Below are positions 34,942-45,369 of a stretch of DNA of 64,000 nt, piece by piece (position 1 is the first letter of the stretch; every line of letters starts with the position of its first letter). The stretch is from Rebecca billardiae RCC1528. Taxonomy: Eukaryota; Protista; Haptophyta. Where the stretch lies: positions 496,001-560,000 of the forward strand of contig OZ251230.1 in the NCBI GenBank assembly GCA_965240325.2, in the 5' to 3' direction. The position numbers were made by a program, and so were the translations under genes. The notes beneath the pieces are model-generated. The model was not told the DNA's origin and made no database searches. It saw nothing but the letters and a program-made list of their open reading frames with translations.

Positions 34942-36909
34942 TCATTGATGGCGGAACGCGTGAGCTGCCGACGCCGGGGCCGCCCGCATCAGGTTCGGCC
35001 GGCTCGGCTGGCGGCGCGCCTTGTCCAGCGTCGACAGCGGGCGTCGGCACAGGCCATCGTACGGCGCGAGCGCCTCGGCGAGCCGGCGGGAGCGGCGAGC
35101 GCGCGAGCCGCCCCCTTCGGCCTCGTCAGCGCCGCCGCCCGGCACCGGACCGAGCGCGCGCAGGCTGCGGCCGACGAGCTGGTGCGACCTGCAGAAGCGG
35201 ACGCCGATGTCCACGCCCTTCGTCCGCGAGGACAGCTTGCCCACGAAGCCCGGGTCGAACGGCAGCGCGATCCGCTCGACGATCGCGTCGAGCGGCAGCT
35301 CGATGGTGGGCGGCCGGTGCGGCAGCGCCTGCGCGAGCTCGAGCGCCGTGTTGCACACGAGGGTGCTCGCCGCGTACGTGAGCGTGCGCGGCGGCGCGCC
35401 GGCGCGCTCGAGCCTGGCGTGCAGGAAGCGCACGTCGCCGAGCACCATCGGCCGCACGTGCGGCAGCGTGAGCGTGCTGTTCGGCGGGCGCATGTGCAGC
35501 GCGCCCTCGGAGACGCTCACGTTGCGCGAGTGGAAGAAGGGCAGCTGCACGAGCTCGACCGCGCCCGCCGAGCGCGAGAGCTCGGACCAGCCGAGCAGCT
35601 CGAAGAGGGGCAGGAGCAAGGGCTCGAGCTGGCGCACCGTGGTGCCCGGCGGCAGCACGTGCGGCACGCCGAGGTGCTCGGGCATCATGTGCATCATGCC
35701 GAAGCCGCACCACACCGGCACGGCAAAGGCAAAGGTCTGCGCGACGCCCACCTGCTCGCGGAAGCACGCCTGCGGCGACGCGCGCCGCGCCATCAGCCAC
35801 ATGTTGTACCGCATGACGAAGCCGTCGAGGTCGACGGCGGGCGGGTACGCCTCGGGCCGGAAGAGCGGGCGGCGTTCGCGCGTGCGCGCGTCGTACGAGC
35901 TGATCGAGCGGATGCCGAGGTCGTAGAACGTGACGAGGTCGTTGTGGCGCACGGCCGCCCAGCCGCGCTCCGACATCAGGTTGGGCAGCAGCCTGTCGCT
36001 CTCGAGCACGGTCTGGCCGATCGCGGCGAGGAGCGGGCGCAGGCCACGCAGCATCGTCGCGTTGTACGCGACGATGTGCTCCTCCGTCCACGCCGACGCG
36101 TCCACCAGCCACGGCTCGCCAGGCCGCAGGTAGCTCGGGCGGAAGCCGCGGTCGGCGCGCCGCCTCGCCCAGTCGCCCACGTCGAGCCCGTGCAGGAACG
36201 CGCCTTCGAGCGAGGTGGCGGAGGGGAGGGTCTCGACGATGAGCTGGGACATGAAGAAGAGCGGGGCGTGCGCGTGGTCGGTGAAGTTCTCGAGCACCCG
36301 GCGCAGGCAGCGCGTGCCCCAGCGCTTCATCTGCGGCGCGCTAAAAAGCTCCGCGCGCGAGCCAGCCGCCGTACGGCGCGCGGCCGAGTCGCGGAGGAAG
36401 TCGGCCACCATGCGCTCGGCCATCGCGGGGAACGGCAGGTGGTTCGGATGCCACGGCGGGAGCGGCTGGATGTCGCAGTTCGCCGTGAGGAGCACCTCCG
36501 GCATCGGCCGGCCGCTCGCCTCGAGGATGTCGAGCGCGCGCAGCCGCGCTGTGTACTCGCACGGGAGCTCGGAGAAGACGACCGCGTGCGCGCCGCGCGA
36601 GGTCGAGGCGACGACGCCATCGACAAGCTCGCGCAGGCGCCAGCGGCGCGTGAACTCGTCGTTGAACACGTAGAACGTCTCCCAGCGCGGGTCCAAGAAC
36701 CGCTCAAACGTGTGGCAGCCGACGATGAACTCGCGCTCGCCGACGACCACTGCAAAAGGCAGCCGCTCGCCCACGGGCTCCGCCGGCACGTTCGAGCGCA
36801 CCTCGAGCAGCGTGCCCGCACAGGCGCCGTCCTCGAGTGCCGCGTCGCCCGGTCGGGACGGCAACGCAAGCGCGACCGCGACGAGCGCGGCGCCCAGGAG
36901 CCGTCGCAT
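34942..36909 (-). CDS. Hypothetical secreted protein, 655 aa
   Basis: Long ORF with coding-like composition and signal peptide MRRLLGAALVAVALALPS; no family recognised. Confidence 0.7.
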   Translation of the reverse strand: MRRLLGAALVAVALALPSRPGDAALEDGACAGTLLEVRSNVPAEPVGERLPFAVVVGEREFIVGCHTFERFLDPRWETFYVFNDEFTRRWRLRELVDGVVASTSRGAHAVVFSELPCEYTARLRALDILEASGRPMPEVLLTANCDIQPLPPWHPNHLPFPAMAERMVADFLRDSAARRTAAGSRAELFSAPQMKRWGTRCLRRVLENFTDHAHAPLFFMSQLIVETLPSATSLEGAFLHGLDVGDWARRRADRGFRPSYLRPGEPWLVDASAWTEEHIVAYNATMLRGLRPLLAAIGQTVLESDRLLPNLMSERGWAAVRHNDLVTFYDLGIRSISSYDARTRERRPLFRPEAYPPAVDLDGFVMRYNMWLMARRASPQACFREQVGVAQTFAFAVPVWCGFGMMHMMPEHLGVPHVLPPGTTVRQLEPLLLPLFELLGWSELSRSAGAVELVQLPFFHSRNVSVSEGALHMRPPNSTLTLPHVRPMVLGDVRFLHARLERAGAPPRTLTYAASTLVCNTALELAQALPHRPPTIELPLDAIVERIALPFDPGFVGKLSSRTKGVDIGVRFCRSHQLVGRSLRALGPVPGGGADEAEGGGSRARRSRRLAEALAPYDGLCRRPLSTLDKARRQPSRPNLMRAAPASAAHAFRHQ

Positions 36910-37123
36910 CTGGCTGTGCCGCAGTGCCGCGCGACTCGGGAGCGCTCTTCTGACGGCGATGGCGGCGCCAAGTCGCCAACCGCCGAGGGAGACTGGGGCG
37001 CTTGTTCACCGTGCTGGGTGAGAGGACTATGCCGATGATACAGTACACGTTCGCAATATTGTACATTGAACAGTACAGTACGTATTACAGTAGGAAGAGG
37101 ATGAAACTTTCAACTTGCGACGC

Positions 37124-39067
37124 TCACGGCGAGAAGAGGCGAAGGGTCTTCGTGACGCGGCCGGCGCACGCAGCACACCGCAGAGAGCGCTCCGCAGGCG
37201 CACGCCGCTGCCAGCACGCGTCGCAATAGCTCGCATGCAGGCACGGCAGCACGACGTGCTCAGGCGGCGCGCAGCCGCATGCCGTGCACACGCGCGCGAG
37301 CCGCTCGACGCACGCGCGGACGTCCCGGCCTGCAGCGGCGAACCCCTGTGCGCGCGCGATGCGCTCCTCGCGCCGGCGTGCTGCCTCGAACGCGTGCGCC
37401 TCACGCCAGCGCGTCGCCACGCCGGCAAGGTGGCGTGTGCGCGCGCCCAGCTGCCCCACGCTCACCGGCCGGTGTGCGCCCAGCGGGTGGCGCATCAGCT
37501 GCTCGATCACCGGTTCGGCGATCGCCCGGAACCAGCCGCGCAGCACCAGCACGTTCCGCTTGAGCTCGGGCGCAGACAGACGCTCGGGCTGAGCCCCGCC
37601 GGCACCGCCGCGCGCGGGCACCGCGCCGCAGATGTAGGCACGCACGGCGTCGCCACACACGTGCACGGCACCAAGCCGGACTTCTTTGACGCCGCCGCCG
37701 AGCGAACGCGCGTCGCCGTAGACGGGCGGGAGCCGGCCGGTGCGTGCGCCACGCGCCGTGGCTGGCGTCTTGACGGAGTCGATGAGTGCGAGCACGTCCT
37801 TCACCAGCCGAGCGCGCGAGTTCTCCGACCCCGCGTGCAGCGTGCGCCACGCCTCCTGCACGCGCGCCACCGCGGCCCTCGCCGCCGCGTCGCGCGCCGG
37901 GCCGCCACGCGGCACCGGCACGGGCGCACTGTCGAGCAGTGCGGAGCCCAGCTCCGCACTCGGAGGCTCCCAAAGCCCTGCGCCGCACTTGCGAGCCTCG
38001 CGCAGCCTGCGCTTGTCGCGCAGGCCGCGCTTCAGCGCCGGGCCTGCCCGGACGGGCGCGTCGGTGCGCAGGCGCCTCGGCACAAAATCGTCGAGCCGGG
38101 AAAACAGCTCAGAGCCGCGCCGCGCGCGCGGGGCACGTGGGACGATCGCGGGCGGAACGGGCCAGGGCGGTGGGTTCAGCGGCCGACGATGCTGGGCCGG
38201 CTCCGGCCGCCACGGCGAGAGCAGGCTCGGGTGCCTCGGTCGCTCCGGCTCCCGCTCCGACGGCGCGCACATGGGCGGGAAGAAGGCGAAGCTGTCGTCC
38301 AACACCACGCCGCCGCCGGCCGCGGAGGCGGCGCACACGGCCAGGCGGTGTCCGAGCAGGTTGTGCGCGCCGAGCACGATCTTGCGGCACCAGATGCAGC
38401 CGTTGTCGGGGATCCGAGCCGCACAGCTTGCGCACGCCGCCACGTGGCCGCACGGCTCCATCACTACCGTCGCCAGCCGCTCGGCGCAGAGCGCGCACGG
38501 GCCAAAGCGGCCGCTGGCGCGCACGCGGCCACCGAGCGCCGCGAGCGCAGCGCGCACGCCCGGCGGCGCGCTGGACTCGCGGCTCCACGAGATGGAGCTC
38601 GAAGAGTTGATCGCGTCGAGCTCACCGGCCCAGAGCTCGCGCGCGATCGCCGCGTCGCTCGCGCACTGCGCGGGCTCGCGCAACTCGCCATCGCCCACCG
38701 GCGCGCACGTGTCCTGCGCCCCCTCGGCCTCCGCGTCGATCACGAGCCACTCGGCATCGTCCGTCGCAATCGTCGAGCGCAGATCGGTGTCACTGATCAC
38801 GCTCCACGACCCCGGCTCACTTTGTGCCTCAGCATCTCTCGCCGTGTCACTTCGTGCCTCAGCGTCTCTCGCCGTGGCGGGCGGACACGCGCACGGCAGC
38901 CACGCCTCCTCGGCAATCTCCTCGCGCACGTCCTCGCGCACGAGGTCGAAGAGGTCCGCGTCGAGCGTGGCGTCGGCGAGGGCCGTAGCGCGAGTCTTGC
39001 GGCGGCGCTTCGCGGCGAACCCCGGCGTCTCGCAGCCCATGTCGTACACGTGGCGCCGACGGAACAT
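37124..39067 (-). CDS. Protein with two RING (C3HC4_3-type) fingers
   Basis: CALC..PCGHVAACASC..CIWCR and CTAC..PCLHASYCDAC..CAAC. Confidence 0.8.
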   Translation of the reverse strand: MFRRRHVYDMGCETPGFAAKRRRKTRATALADATLDADLFDLVREDVREEIAEEAWLPCACPPATARDAEARSDTARDAEAQSEPGSWSVISDTDLRSTIATDDAEWLVIDAEAEGAQDTCAPVGDGELREPAQCASDAAIARELWAGELDAINSSSSISWSRESSAPPGVRAALAALGGRVRASGRFGPCALCAERLATVVMEPCGHVAACASCAARIPDNGCIWCRKIVLGAHNLLGHRLAVCAASAAGGGVVLDDSFAFFPPMCAPSEREPERPRHPSLLSPWRPEPAQHRRPLNPPPWPVPPAIVPRAPRARRGSELFSRLDDFVPRRLRTDAPVRAGPALKRGLRDKRRLREARKCGAGLWEPPSAELGSALLDSAPVPVPRGGPARDAAARAAVARVQEAWRTLHAGSENSRARLVKDVLALIDSVKTPATARGARTGRLPPVYGDARSLGGGVKEVRLGAVHVCGDAVRAYICGAVPARGGAGGAQPERLSAPELKRNVLVLRGWFRAIAEPVIEQLMRHPLGAHRPVSVGQLGARTRHLAGVATRWREAHAFEAARRREERIARAQGFAAAGRDVRACVERLARVCTACGCAPPEHVVLPCLHASYCDACWQRRAPAERSLRCAACAGRVTKTLRLFSP

Positions 39068-39362
39068 GGTGAGCGTCCAGCAACGCGACGTGCGCGCACC
39101 GGCCGGTCTTGGCGCCAGGGACGAGTCCCACGCAGCCGGAATTGGGCCGACGGATGCTCCTCCCGACTCCGCTGCCGAGGCTGACCGTTGGGCATCGCGT
39201 CCGGGCCGGGCCGGGGGGGGACGAGGCTTGGCGCAGCGCGCGCGCAGCGCGAGCCGTGCGCGAGCGCGCGGCGGCGACCTCGCGGCTGCCGGTGCGGTGC
39301 TTTTTTGAGTCGGCGGCTTGGAGGGCTGGCTGCCTGGCTCAGCAGCTTGCTGGCGCGCCGGG

Positions 39363-41168
39363 ATGCCGCGCGAACGCGACTACCTCGCGACCTACGTGCG
39401 GACCGTGTGGCTGGCGCACCACGTGGCGCAGTGGAGCGCGCCGCTCCACGCGCACGCCGAGGCCGAGGCGTGGTTTCTGCCGCTCGTCCTCCTCACCGCG
39501 TGCGCGCCGTCGACGCGGCTCGTGCTGCTGACCGTGTCGGCGCATGTCGTGCTCCGGCTGGCGCGGGCGCCATTCGTGTGGGAGTCTGACATATGGGCGT
39601 GCTTCCTGGACATGTCCTTCATCTTCTCCGCCCTGCGCGCCCTCGCGCGCGCGCGTGCGCGCTCCTCCAAGCGCTTCCCGCGGCTGAGTGTCGCGGAGCG
39701 CAACACGCTGATGCTCGACTGCGCGGGGATGGTGCAGCTGCAGCTGGCGATCTTCTACGCGGCCTCCGCCTTCTGGAAGCTGAACACGGCGTTTCTCGAT
39801 GTGCGCACGAGCTGCGCGCCCATCTTCACCGCGCAGCTGCTCTCGCGCGCGCGCGCGCTCGCGCCCGCCGCTCTCGACGGCGTGCTCGCAGCCGCCGAGC
39901 CCGGGATGCGCGCGCTCGTGGCGTCGTCGCCGCACTCGACGGTGCTGGTGGAGCTGGCGATCCCGGCGCTACTCCTCGTGGGCTTCCGCCGCCCCGCCGC
40001 CCGGCGCGCCGCCATCCAGCTCGCCCTCGCCTTCCACCTGCTCGTCGCGCTCACGCCTCCGCCCAACAGCGCCACCGACTTCTCCGTGCTCGCGGCGAAG
40101 TACTTGTTCTTCGCGTGCGCCGAGTCGGCGACGGTGGTGCGCGCCGAGGCGGGCGAGGCGCTCGAGTGGGCGCACCGCACGCGCGGCGCGCCGCTCCGCG
40201 CCGCCGCCGCGCTCGCCTTCGTCGCGGCGGCGCTCGCGGCGGGCATTCGGCGCGCGGAGGCGCTCGGCGGCGTCGGCGCGGACTCGACTGACGGCATGAG
40301 CGCGCGCAGCCTGCGCGAGCTCGTGGGCGGCGTGCTCGGCGGCTCGGTGGACTGGTGCGTGCCGATCTTCGCGGCGCAGCTGCTGCTGCTCTGGCCCGCC
40401 GCCGCGCGCGTGAGCGACCACGCCCACCCGTGCCCGCAGCTCGTGCCGCGCGCGACCAAGGGCGTGCAGCTGCTGCTCGCGTGCGCGTACGCGTTCGGCC
40501 TGCCCGCCCTCGGGCTGCAGGACGGGATGGCCACCAACATGTTCTCCAACCTCAAGGTGCACGGCGGCTCGAACCACCTGCTCGTGCCCACCGGGCTGCT
40601 CCTCGACGAGCGCGACGGCGGCGGGCCGCTCGGCGGCGGCATCGTGCGCGTGCTCGGCACGACCTCGCCGCTCCTCGCGACGCTCTTCCCGGCCGAGCAC
40701 TCCAGCACGATCGACGAGGGCGCGCGCGCGCTGCTGCACGCGGTCGGCCACTCGGGGCGCGAGTGGTTCCCAAAGCTCGGGCTGGTGCTCGGCGAGGCGG
40801 GGTACCCGCCCACGCCCGCCCCGCCCGCCGACGAGCAGACCCCGTACACCGTGCCCGCCGTCGAGCTGCGCCGCATGATCGCGCTCGCGCGCGCGCACGA
40901 GGCTCGGTTCTCGATCGAGTACACGCGGCTGCCCGGCACGCGCGGCGACGAGCGGTGGCGCGCGACGGCGGGCGGCGCGGTGGTGCGGTACTACGAGGAC
41001 GTGGAGAAGGGGTTCGTCTCGTGCCTCGTCACGGGCCGCGGGCTGTGCGAGCCCGACGAGGTCGCGCTGCAGCCCGCGCCCCCCGCGTGGGCGCGCAAGC
41101 TGCTGCTCTTCTCGCCGCACCCGATCATCGACGACGGCGCGTGGGGCGAGGTGCACTGCTTCGGCTGA
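39363..41168 (+). CDS. Multi-TM HTTM-like membrane protein
   Basis: YAASAFWKLNTAFLD..SCA, VELAIPALL, AFHL, MFSNLKVHGGSNHLLVP; many hydrophobic helices. Confidence 0.65.
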   Translation: MPRERDYLATYVRTVWLAHHVAQWSAPLHAHAEAEAWFLPLVLLTACAPSTRLVLLTVSAHVVLRLARAPFVWESDIWACFLDMSFIFSALRALARARARSSKRFPRLSVAERNTLMLDCAGMVQLQLAIFYAASAFWKLNTAFLDVRTSCAPIFTAQLLSRARALAPAALDGVLAAAEPGMRALVASSPHSTVLVELAIPALLLVGFRRPAARRAAIQLALAFHLLVALTPPPNSATDFSVLAAKYLFFACAESATVVRAEAGEALEWAHRTRGAPLRAAAALAFVAAALAAGIRRAEALGGVGADSTDGMSARSLRELVGGVLGGSVDWCVPIFAAQLLLLWPAAARVSDHAHPCPQLVPRATKGVQLLLACAYAFGLPALGLQDGMATNMFSNLKVHGGSNHLLVPTGLLLDERDGGGPLGGGIVRVLGTTSPLLATLFPAEHSSTIDEGARALLHAVGHSGREWFPKLGLVLGEAGYPPTPAPPADEQTPYTVPAVELRRMIALARAHEARFSIEYTRLPGTRGDERWRATAGGAVVRYYEDVEKGFVSCLVTGRGLCEPDEVALQPAPPAWARKLLLFSPHPIIDDGAWGEVHCFG

Positions 41169-41994
41169 GGCTACAGCGGCGCGGGAACTAGCAGGTAGGA
41201 TAGGGGGGTGCTGCGAGCGCGGCCGGCTGAGCGCGCCGTATCGCGGGCGCGCTTCGCGGCGGGCGTGCGCCCCCACCGCCGCGTGGACGGGCGGCACGGC
41301 GGTCGGTGCTGCCCGAGCTGGCCGGCGCTCGGGCGCGGTTCGAGTGAGCGCGCGCGCAACTGCGCCGTCCGCGCTGGCACCGCGGAGCACCTTGGGGGCG
41401 CATTGGTCAGCCGACGGCCCAGCCGATCAAGGGGATCGAGCAAGAGGATCGAGCAAGAGCATCGGCGGGCCTCTTGTGCTCAAGGGCTGAAGCGCGGGCC
41501 GCGACTTCGTCCGCCATATCTTTCCGCTCGCGCGCTCTGCGATGCAGCCGATGAGGCATGAGCCGCTCGTCTCGCCGGCCAGGCGCGTTACCGCGTAGCG
41601 GCCCGGCGGGCGCCGGGGCGCGCACTTTTTCCCTCGGCGAAATCATGTGTACCGTCCGGCCAGTCAAATTGATGAGCGATGAATACAGCCTCTAATTCGA
41701 CTGCGCAATTCACGCCGACACCGGACACGCCACGGGTATGGACCCGAGTTTCTGCTACCCATATTACCTTCATAGGGGAAATGTTTTCTATAGGGATTTT
41801 TGGCCCTGTCGGCCGTAGCGATGGTAACACCCCGGTCACCCGCCCGCGCAGGCACGCGAGGGACTGCGGCTCGACAGCGCGCGCGTCAGGCGCGCGCGCG
41901 CGGCGGCGGCCGCGCGGCGGCGCGCCGCATCGCCGCCGTGACGCCGTCGGCGTCCTGAGTCAGCGGCGTGGTCGGTCCGCGGCGGCACTCCTGG

Positions 41995-43190
41995 GCCGGC
42001 GGGCCCGGGCCTCGCGGCCCGGGAGGAGGCCCCCTGTAACAGCTGTAACACCGTAACACGTAACAAGTCCGGCTCGTCCCGGAGTCCGGGGCTGCCGGCG
42101 GGCCGGCCGCGCCGGGCCCGGGAGGAGGCCCCCTGTAACAGCTGTAACACCGTAACACGTAACAAGTCCGGCGCGTCCGGGTCCGGGGCTGCCGGCGGGC
42201 CCGGGCCTCGCGGCCCGGGAGGAGGCCCCCTGTAACAGCTGTAACACCTGTAACACGTAACAAGTCCGGCTCGTCCCGGAGTCCGGGGCTGCCGGCGGGC
42301 CGGCCGCGCCGGGCCCGGGAGGAGGCCCCCTGTAACAGCTGTAACACCGTAACACGTAACAAGTCCGGCGCGTCCGGGTCCGGGGCTGCCGGCGGGCCCG
42401 GGCCTCGCGGCCCGGGAGGAGGCCCCCTGTAACAGCTGTAACACCTGTAACACGTAACAAGTCCGGCTCGTCCCGGAGTCCGGGGCTGCCGGCGGGCCGG
42501 CCGCGCCGGGCCCGGGAGGAGGCCCCCCGTGTAACAGCTGTAACACCTGTAACACGTAACAAGTCCGGCGCGTCCGGGTCCGGGGCTGCCGGCGGGCCCG
42601 GGCCTCGCGGCCCGGGAGGAGGCCCCCTGTAACAGCTGTAACACCTGTAACACGTAACAAGTCCGGCTCGTCCCGGAGTCCGGGGCTGCCGGCGGGCCGG
42701 CCGCGCCGGGCCCGGGAGGAGGCCCCCTGTAACAGCTGTAACACCTGTAACACGTAACAAGTCCGGCGCGTCCGGGTCCGGGGCTGCCGGCGGGCCCGGG
42801 CCTCGCGGCCCGGGAGGAGGCCCCCTGTAACAGCTGTAACACCGTAACACGTAACAAGTCCGGCTCGTCCGAGTCCGGGGCTGCCGGCGGGCCCGGGCCG
42901 CGCTGGCCGGGCCTGCCGCGGGAGGAGGCCCCCTGTAACAGACAGCTGTAACACCGTAACACGACGTAACAAGTCCGGCGCGGCGAGTCCGGGAGCCGGC
43001 CGGGCCGGGGCCGGGGCGGGCGGGCCGCCGGGCCCGGGAGGAGGCCCCCTGTAACAGCTGTAACACCGTAACACGTAACAAGTCCGGCGCGGCGAGTCCG
43101 GGAGCCGACCGGTCCAGGTCCGGGGCGGGCGGGCCGCCGGGCCCGGGAGGAGGCCCCCTGTTACAGCTGTAACACCGTAACACGTAACAC
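41995..43190 (+). repeat. Tandem array of 12 ~100-bp units (alternating A/B dimer), each with four GTAACA-type motifs
   Basis: Core GGAGGAGGCCCCCTGTAACAGCTGTAACACC(T)GTAACACGTAACAA at ~42022, 42121, 42218, 42318, 42415, 42515, 42614, 42715, 42813, 42921, 43037, 43146. Confidence 0.97.
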
Positions 43191-43458
43191 AATGGCGCCG
43201 CTCGGCCATGGCCCGTCGTCGGCCCGGTGAAAAAATGGCGGCGGGGCGCGCGGCGCGCAGCGTCGCGCTCGGTGCGCTCGGCGGGGCTCGAGGAACGCCC
43301 GCGGACGGGCGAGCGCGCACGGGCGCGAGCACGAGTCGCGTCGCCCGCGCCCCTCCCCGAGCGACCTGCCGCCGCGTCTCGCGACGATGGCGGTGTGGAC
43401 GCTCGTCCGTGGCCGCGTGAAAAAATGGCGGCGGGGCGCGCGGCGCGCAGCGTCGCGC
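43033..43458 (+). repeat. Left arm of ~430-bp inverted repeat
   Basis: Near-identical reverse complement of 44941-45369. Confidence 0.95.
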
Positions 43459-43720
43459 TCGGTGCGCTCGGCGGGGCTCGAGGAGCGCACGCGGACGGGC
43501 GAGCGCGCACGGGCGCGAGCACCGCGGCGGTTCGCGTGGCGTCGCGCTGCACCGACCCCGGCGCGAGCGCCGAGTCCTTGTTTGCACGCCGCCTCGTTTG
43601 CCGAGCCCGTCGGCCGACGGCGCGAGGTGGGCGCGGCGGCGGCGGCGGCGGCGGCGGGGCGGCGGCGGCGGCGACGGCGGCGGCGTGCGGGCGCATGCGC
43701 GCTGCACGGCCGCCGCGTCG

Positions 43721-44974
43721 TCAACGCGCCGGGCCCATCGCGGCACGGCCGCTGGCGAACGCGGCGTGGAAGCGCGAGGCAAACTCGGCGCTGCGTGGCG
43801 GCGCGCCCGCGCGGCCGCCGCCCGCGCAGAAGAGCATGCTGCGCAGGCAGACGGCGCGCGCGCGCCCGGCGCCGCGCGCTGCCACGCACGCCTCGTCGGC
43901 GCAGCACAGGTCGAGGCCGTCGGACTTGGCGAAGTAGAAGACGGTGCGTCGCGCGTGCTCGGCGCCCTTGCACTCGCACCACCTGCTGGCGGTCGAGCAC
44001 GTCGCGACCGGGCCGTGCGCCGTGCTCCCAGCAAACACCTGCACGATGCGCGGCCAGCGCTCGGCCGAGCCAGAGACTCGTGCGTGCGCGTGCAGCTGCT
44101 CGTTGAGCCAGCCGACCAGCGCCGCGCGCCGCGCGCCGGCCGCCGCATCGCGACCGGCGGCGCTCGTCGCCGGCACAGCCGGTCGGCCGGGCGCGGGCGG
44201 CGGCGCGCTCCACTCGACCAGCTCGGTGCGCAGCCGCGCGCGAGAGAGCCAGCGCGCGCCATCCGCCGCGAGCCGCCGCAGCGCGTGCTGCGCAGGCAGC
44301 GCGTCGAGCCACGCGCAGCGCACGGCGCCGTGCTCGTCGGCGGCGACGACGGCCGCCGGCAGGTAGGGCGGGCCGCCGTCCGACTTGGCCGTGAACGGCA
44401 GGCGCAGGCCCGCCCCGTAGATGCTGCAGTCGATCTCGAGCTTGTGCCAGCACGGCGGCCGCGGCTGCGAGCGCGCCCAGTCGTGCAGGACGCGCGCGAT
44501 GCGCGCCGCCTCAGCGGCCGAGACGATGGCCGAGTCGTTCCATGTCGCGTGAATCCCGGCTCGGCGCACGCCCGGCGCCGAGCCGGCGGCGGTCGCGGGG
44601 CTGGGCGCGCGCGCCGAGACGTACACGACGCGCCCAGCCACGGGAACGGGCACGGGCAGATGCTCCTCCGCGACGCGGTAGAGGCCGACGAGCAGTGCGG
44701 CCACGTCCGAGGGGGAGGGCGCGGTGCTGAAGGCGCAGTCCACATCGACGACGAAGCGCGCGCGCGCGCCGAGCGCCTCGACCACCATGGGCGCGCGCGC
44801 GCCGTGCACCAAGTGCTGCGCGGCCACGAGTGCATCGAGCTCGCGCAGGCGGCTGCTCGGCACGTGCAGCCGGCCGCCGAACGTACGCTGCGAGCCACTT
44901 GCCAGGAACACAACCTCGTGCGTGCACGCCTCGCCTGGGCGCGCGACGCTGCGCGACGCGCGCCCCGCCGCCAT
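43721..44974 (-). CDS. Viral-type archaeo-eukaryotic primase/PrimPol with C-terminal Zn finger (NCLDV A468R-like), 417 aa, intronless
   Basis: TH..GGRLHVP...VVE...RFVVDVD (motif I), GIHATW (motif II), IDCSIYGAGLRLPFTAK (motif III), SRWCECKGAEH..VFY...CCADEAC (C-H-C-C finger). Confidence 0.8.
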   Translation of the reverse strand: MAAGRASRSVARPGEACTHEVVFLASGSQRTFGGRLHVPSSRLRELDALVAAQHLVHGARAPMVVEALGARARFVVDVDCAFSTAPSPSDVAALLVGLYRVAEEHLPVPVPVAGRVVYVSARAPSPATAAGSAPGVRRAGIHATWNDSAIVSAAEAARIARVLHDWARSQPRPPCWHKLEIDCSIYGAGLRLPFTAKSDGGPPYLPAAVVAADEHGAVRCAWLDALPAQHALRRLAADGARWLSRARLRTELVEWSAPPPAPGRPAVPATSAAGRDAAAGARRAALVGWLNEQLHAHARVSGSAERWPRIVQVFAGSTAHGPVATCSTASRWCECKGAEHARRTVFYFAKSDGLDLCCADEACVAARGAGRARAVCLRSMLFCAGGGRAGAPPRSAEFASRFHAAFASGRAAMGPAR

Positions 44975-45369
44975 TTTTTCACGCGGCCACGGACGAGCGG
45001 CCACTGCGCCATCGTCGCGAGACGCGGCGGCAGGTCGCTCGGGGAGGGGCGCGGGCGACGCGACTCGTGCTCGCGCCCGTGCGCGCTCGCCCGTCCGCAG
45101 TCGTTCCTCGAGCCCCGCCGAGCGCACCGAGCGCGACGCTGCGCGCCGCGCGCCCCGCCGCCATTTTTTCACCGGGCCGACGGGCCGCGGCCGAGCGGCG
45201 CCATTGTGTTACGTGTTACGGTGTTACAGCTGTAACAGGGGGCCTCCTCCCGGGCCCGGCCCGGGCGGCCCGCCCGCCCCGGACCTGGACCGGTCGGCTC
45301 CCGGACTCGCCGCGCCGGACTTGTTACGTGTTACGGTGTTACAGCTGTTACAGGGGGCCTCCTCCCGGG
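44941..45369 (-). repeat. Right arm of the inverted repeat; contains two array units and the primase start codon
   Basis: Reverse complement of 43033-43458. Confidence 0.95.

Noticed and set aside
41995-43190. CRISPR array
   Set aside because: The spacers are themselves repeated (two alternating variants), no cas genes are present and the context is eukaryotic
43228-43245. YY1 site (AAAATGGCGG)
   Set aside because: The consensus matches, but it is explained more simply as a start-codon context, and there is no evidence for the factor in this organism
41836-45012. 1058-aa and other long ORFs across the array
   Set aside because: Translations of GC-rich repeats; only the 43721-44974 frame has protein motifs
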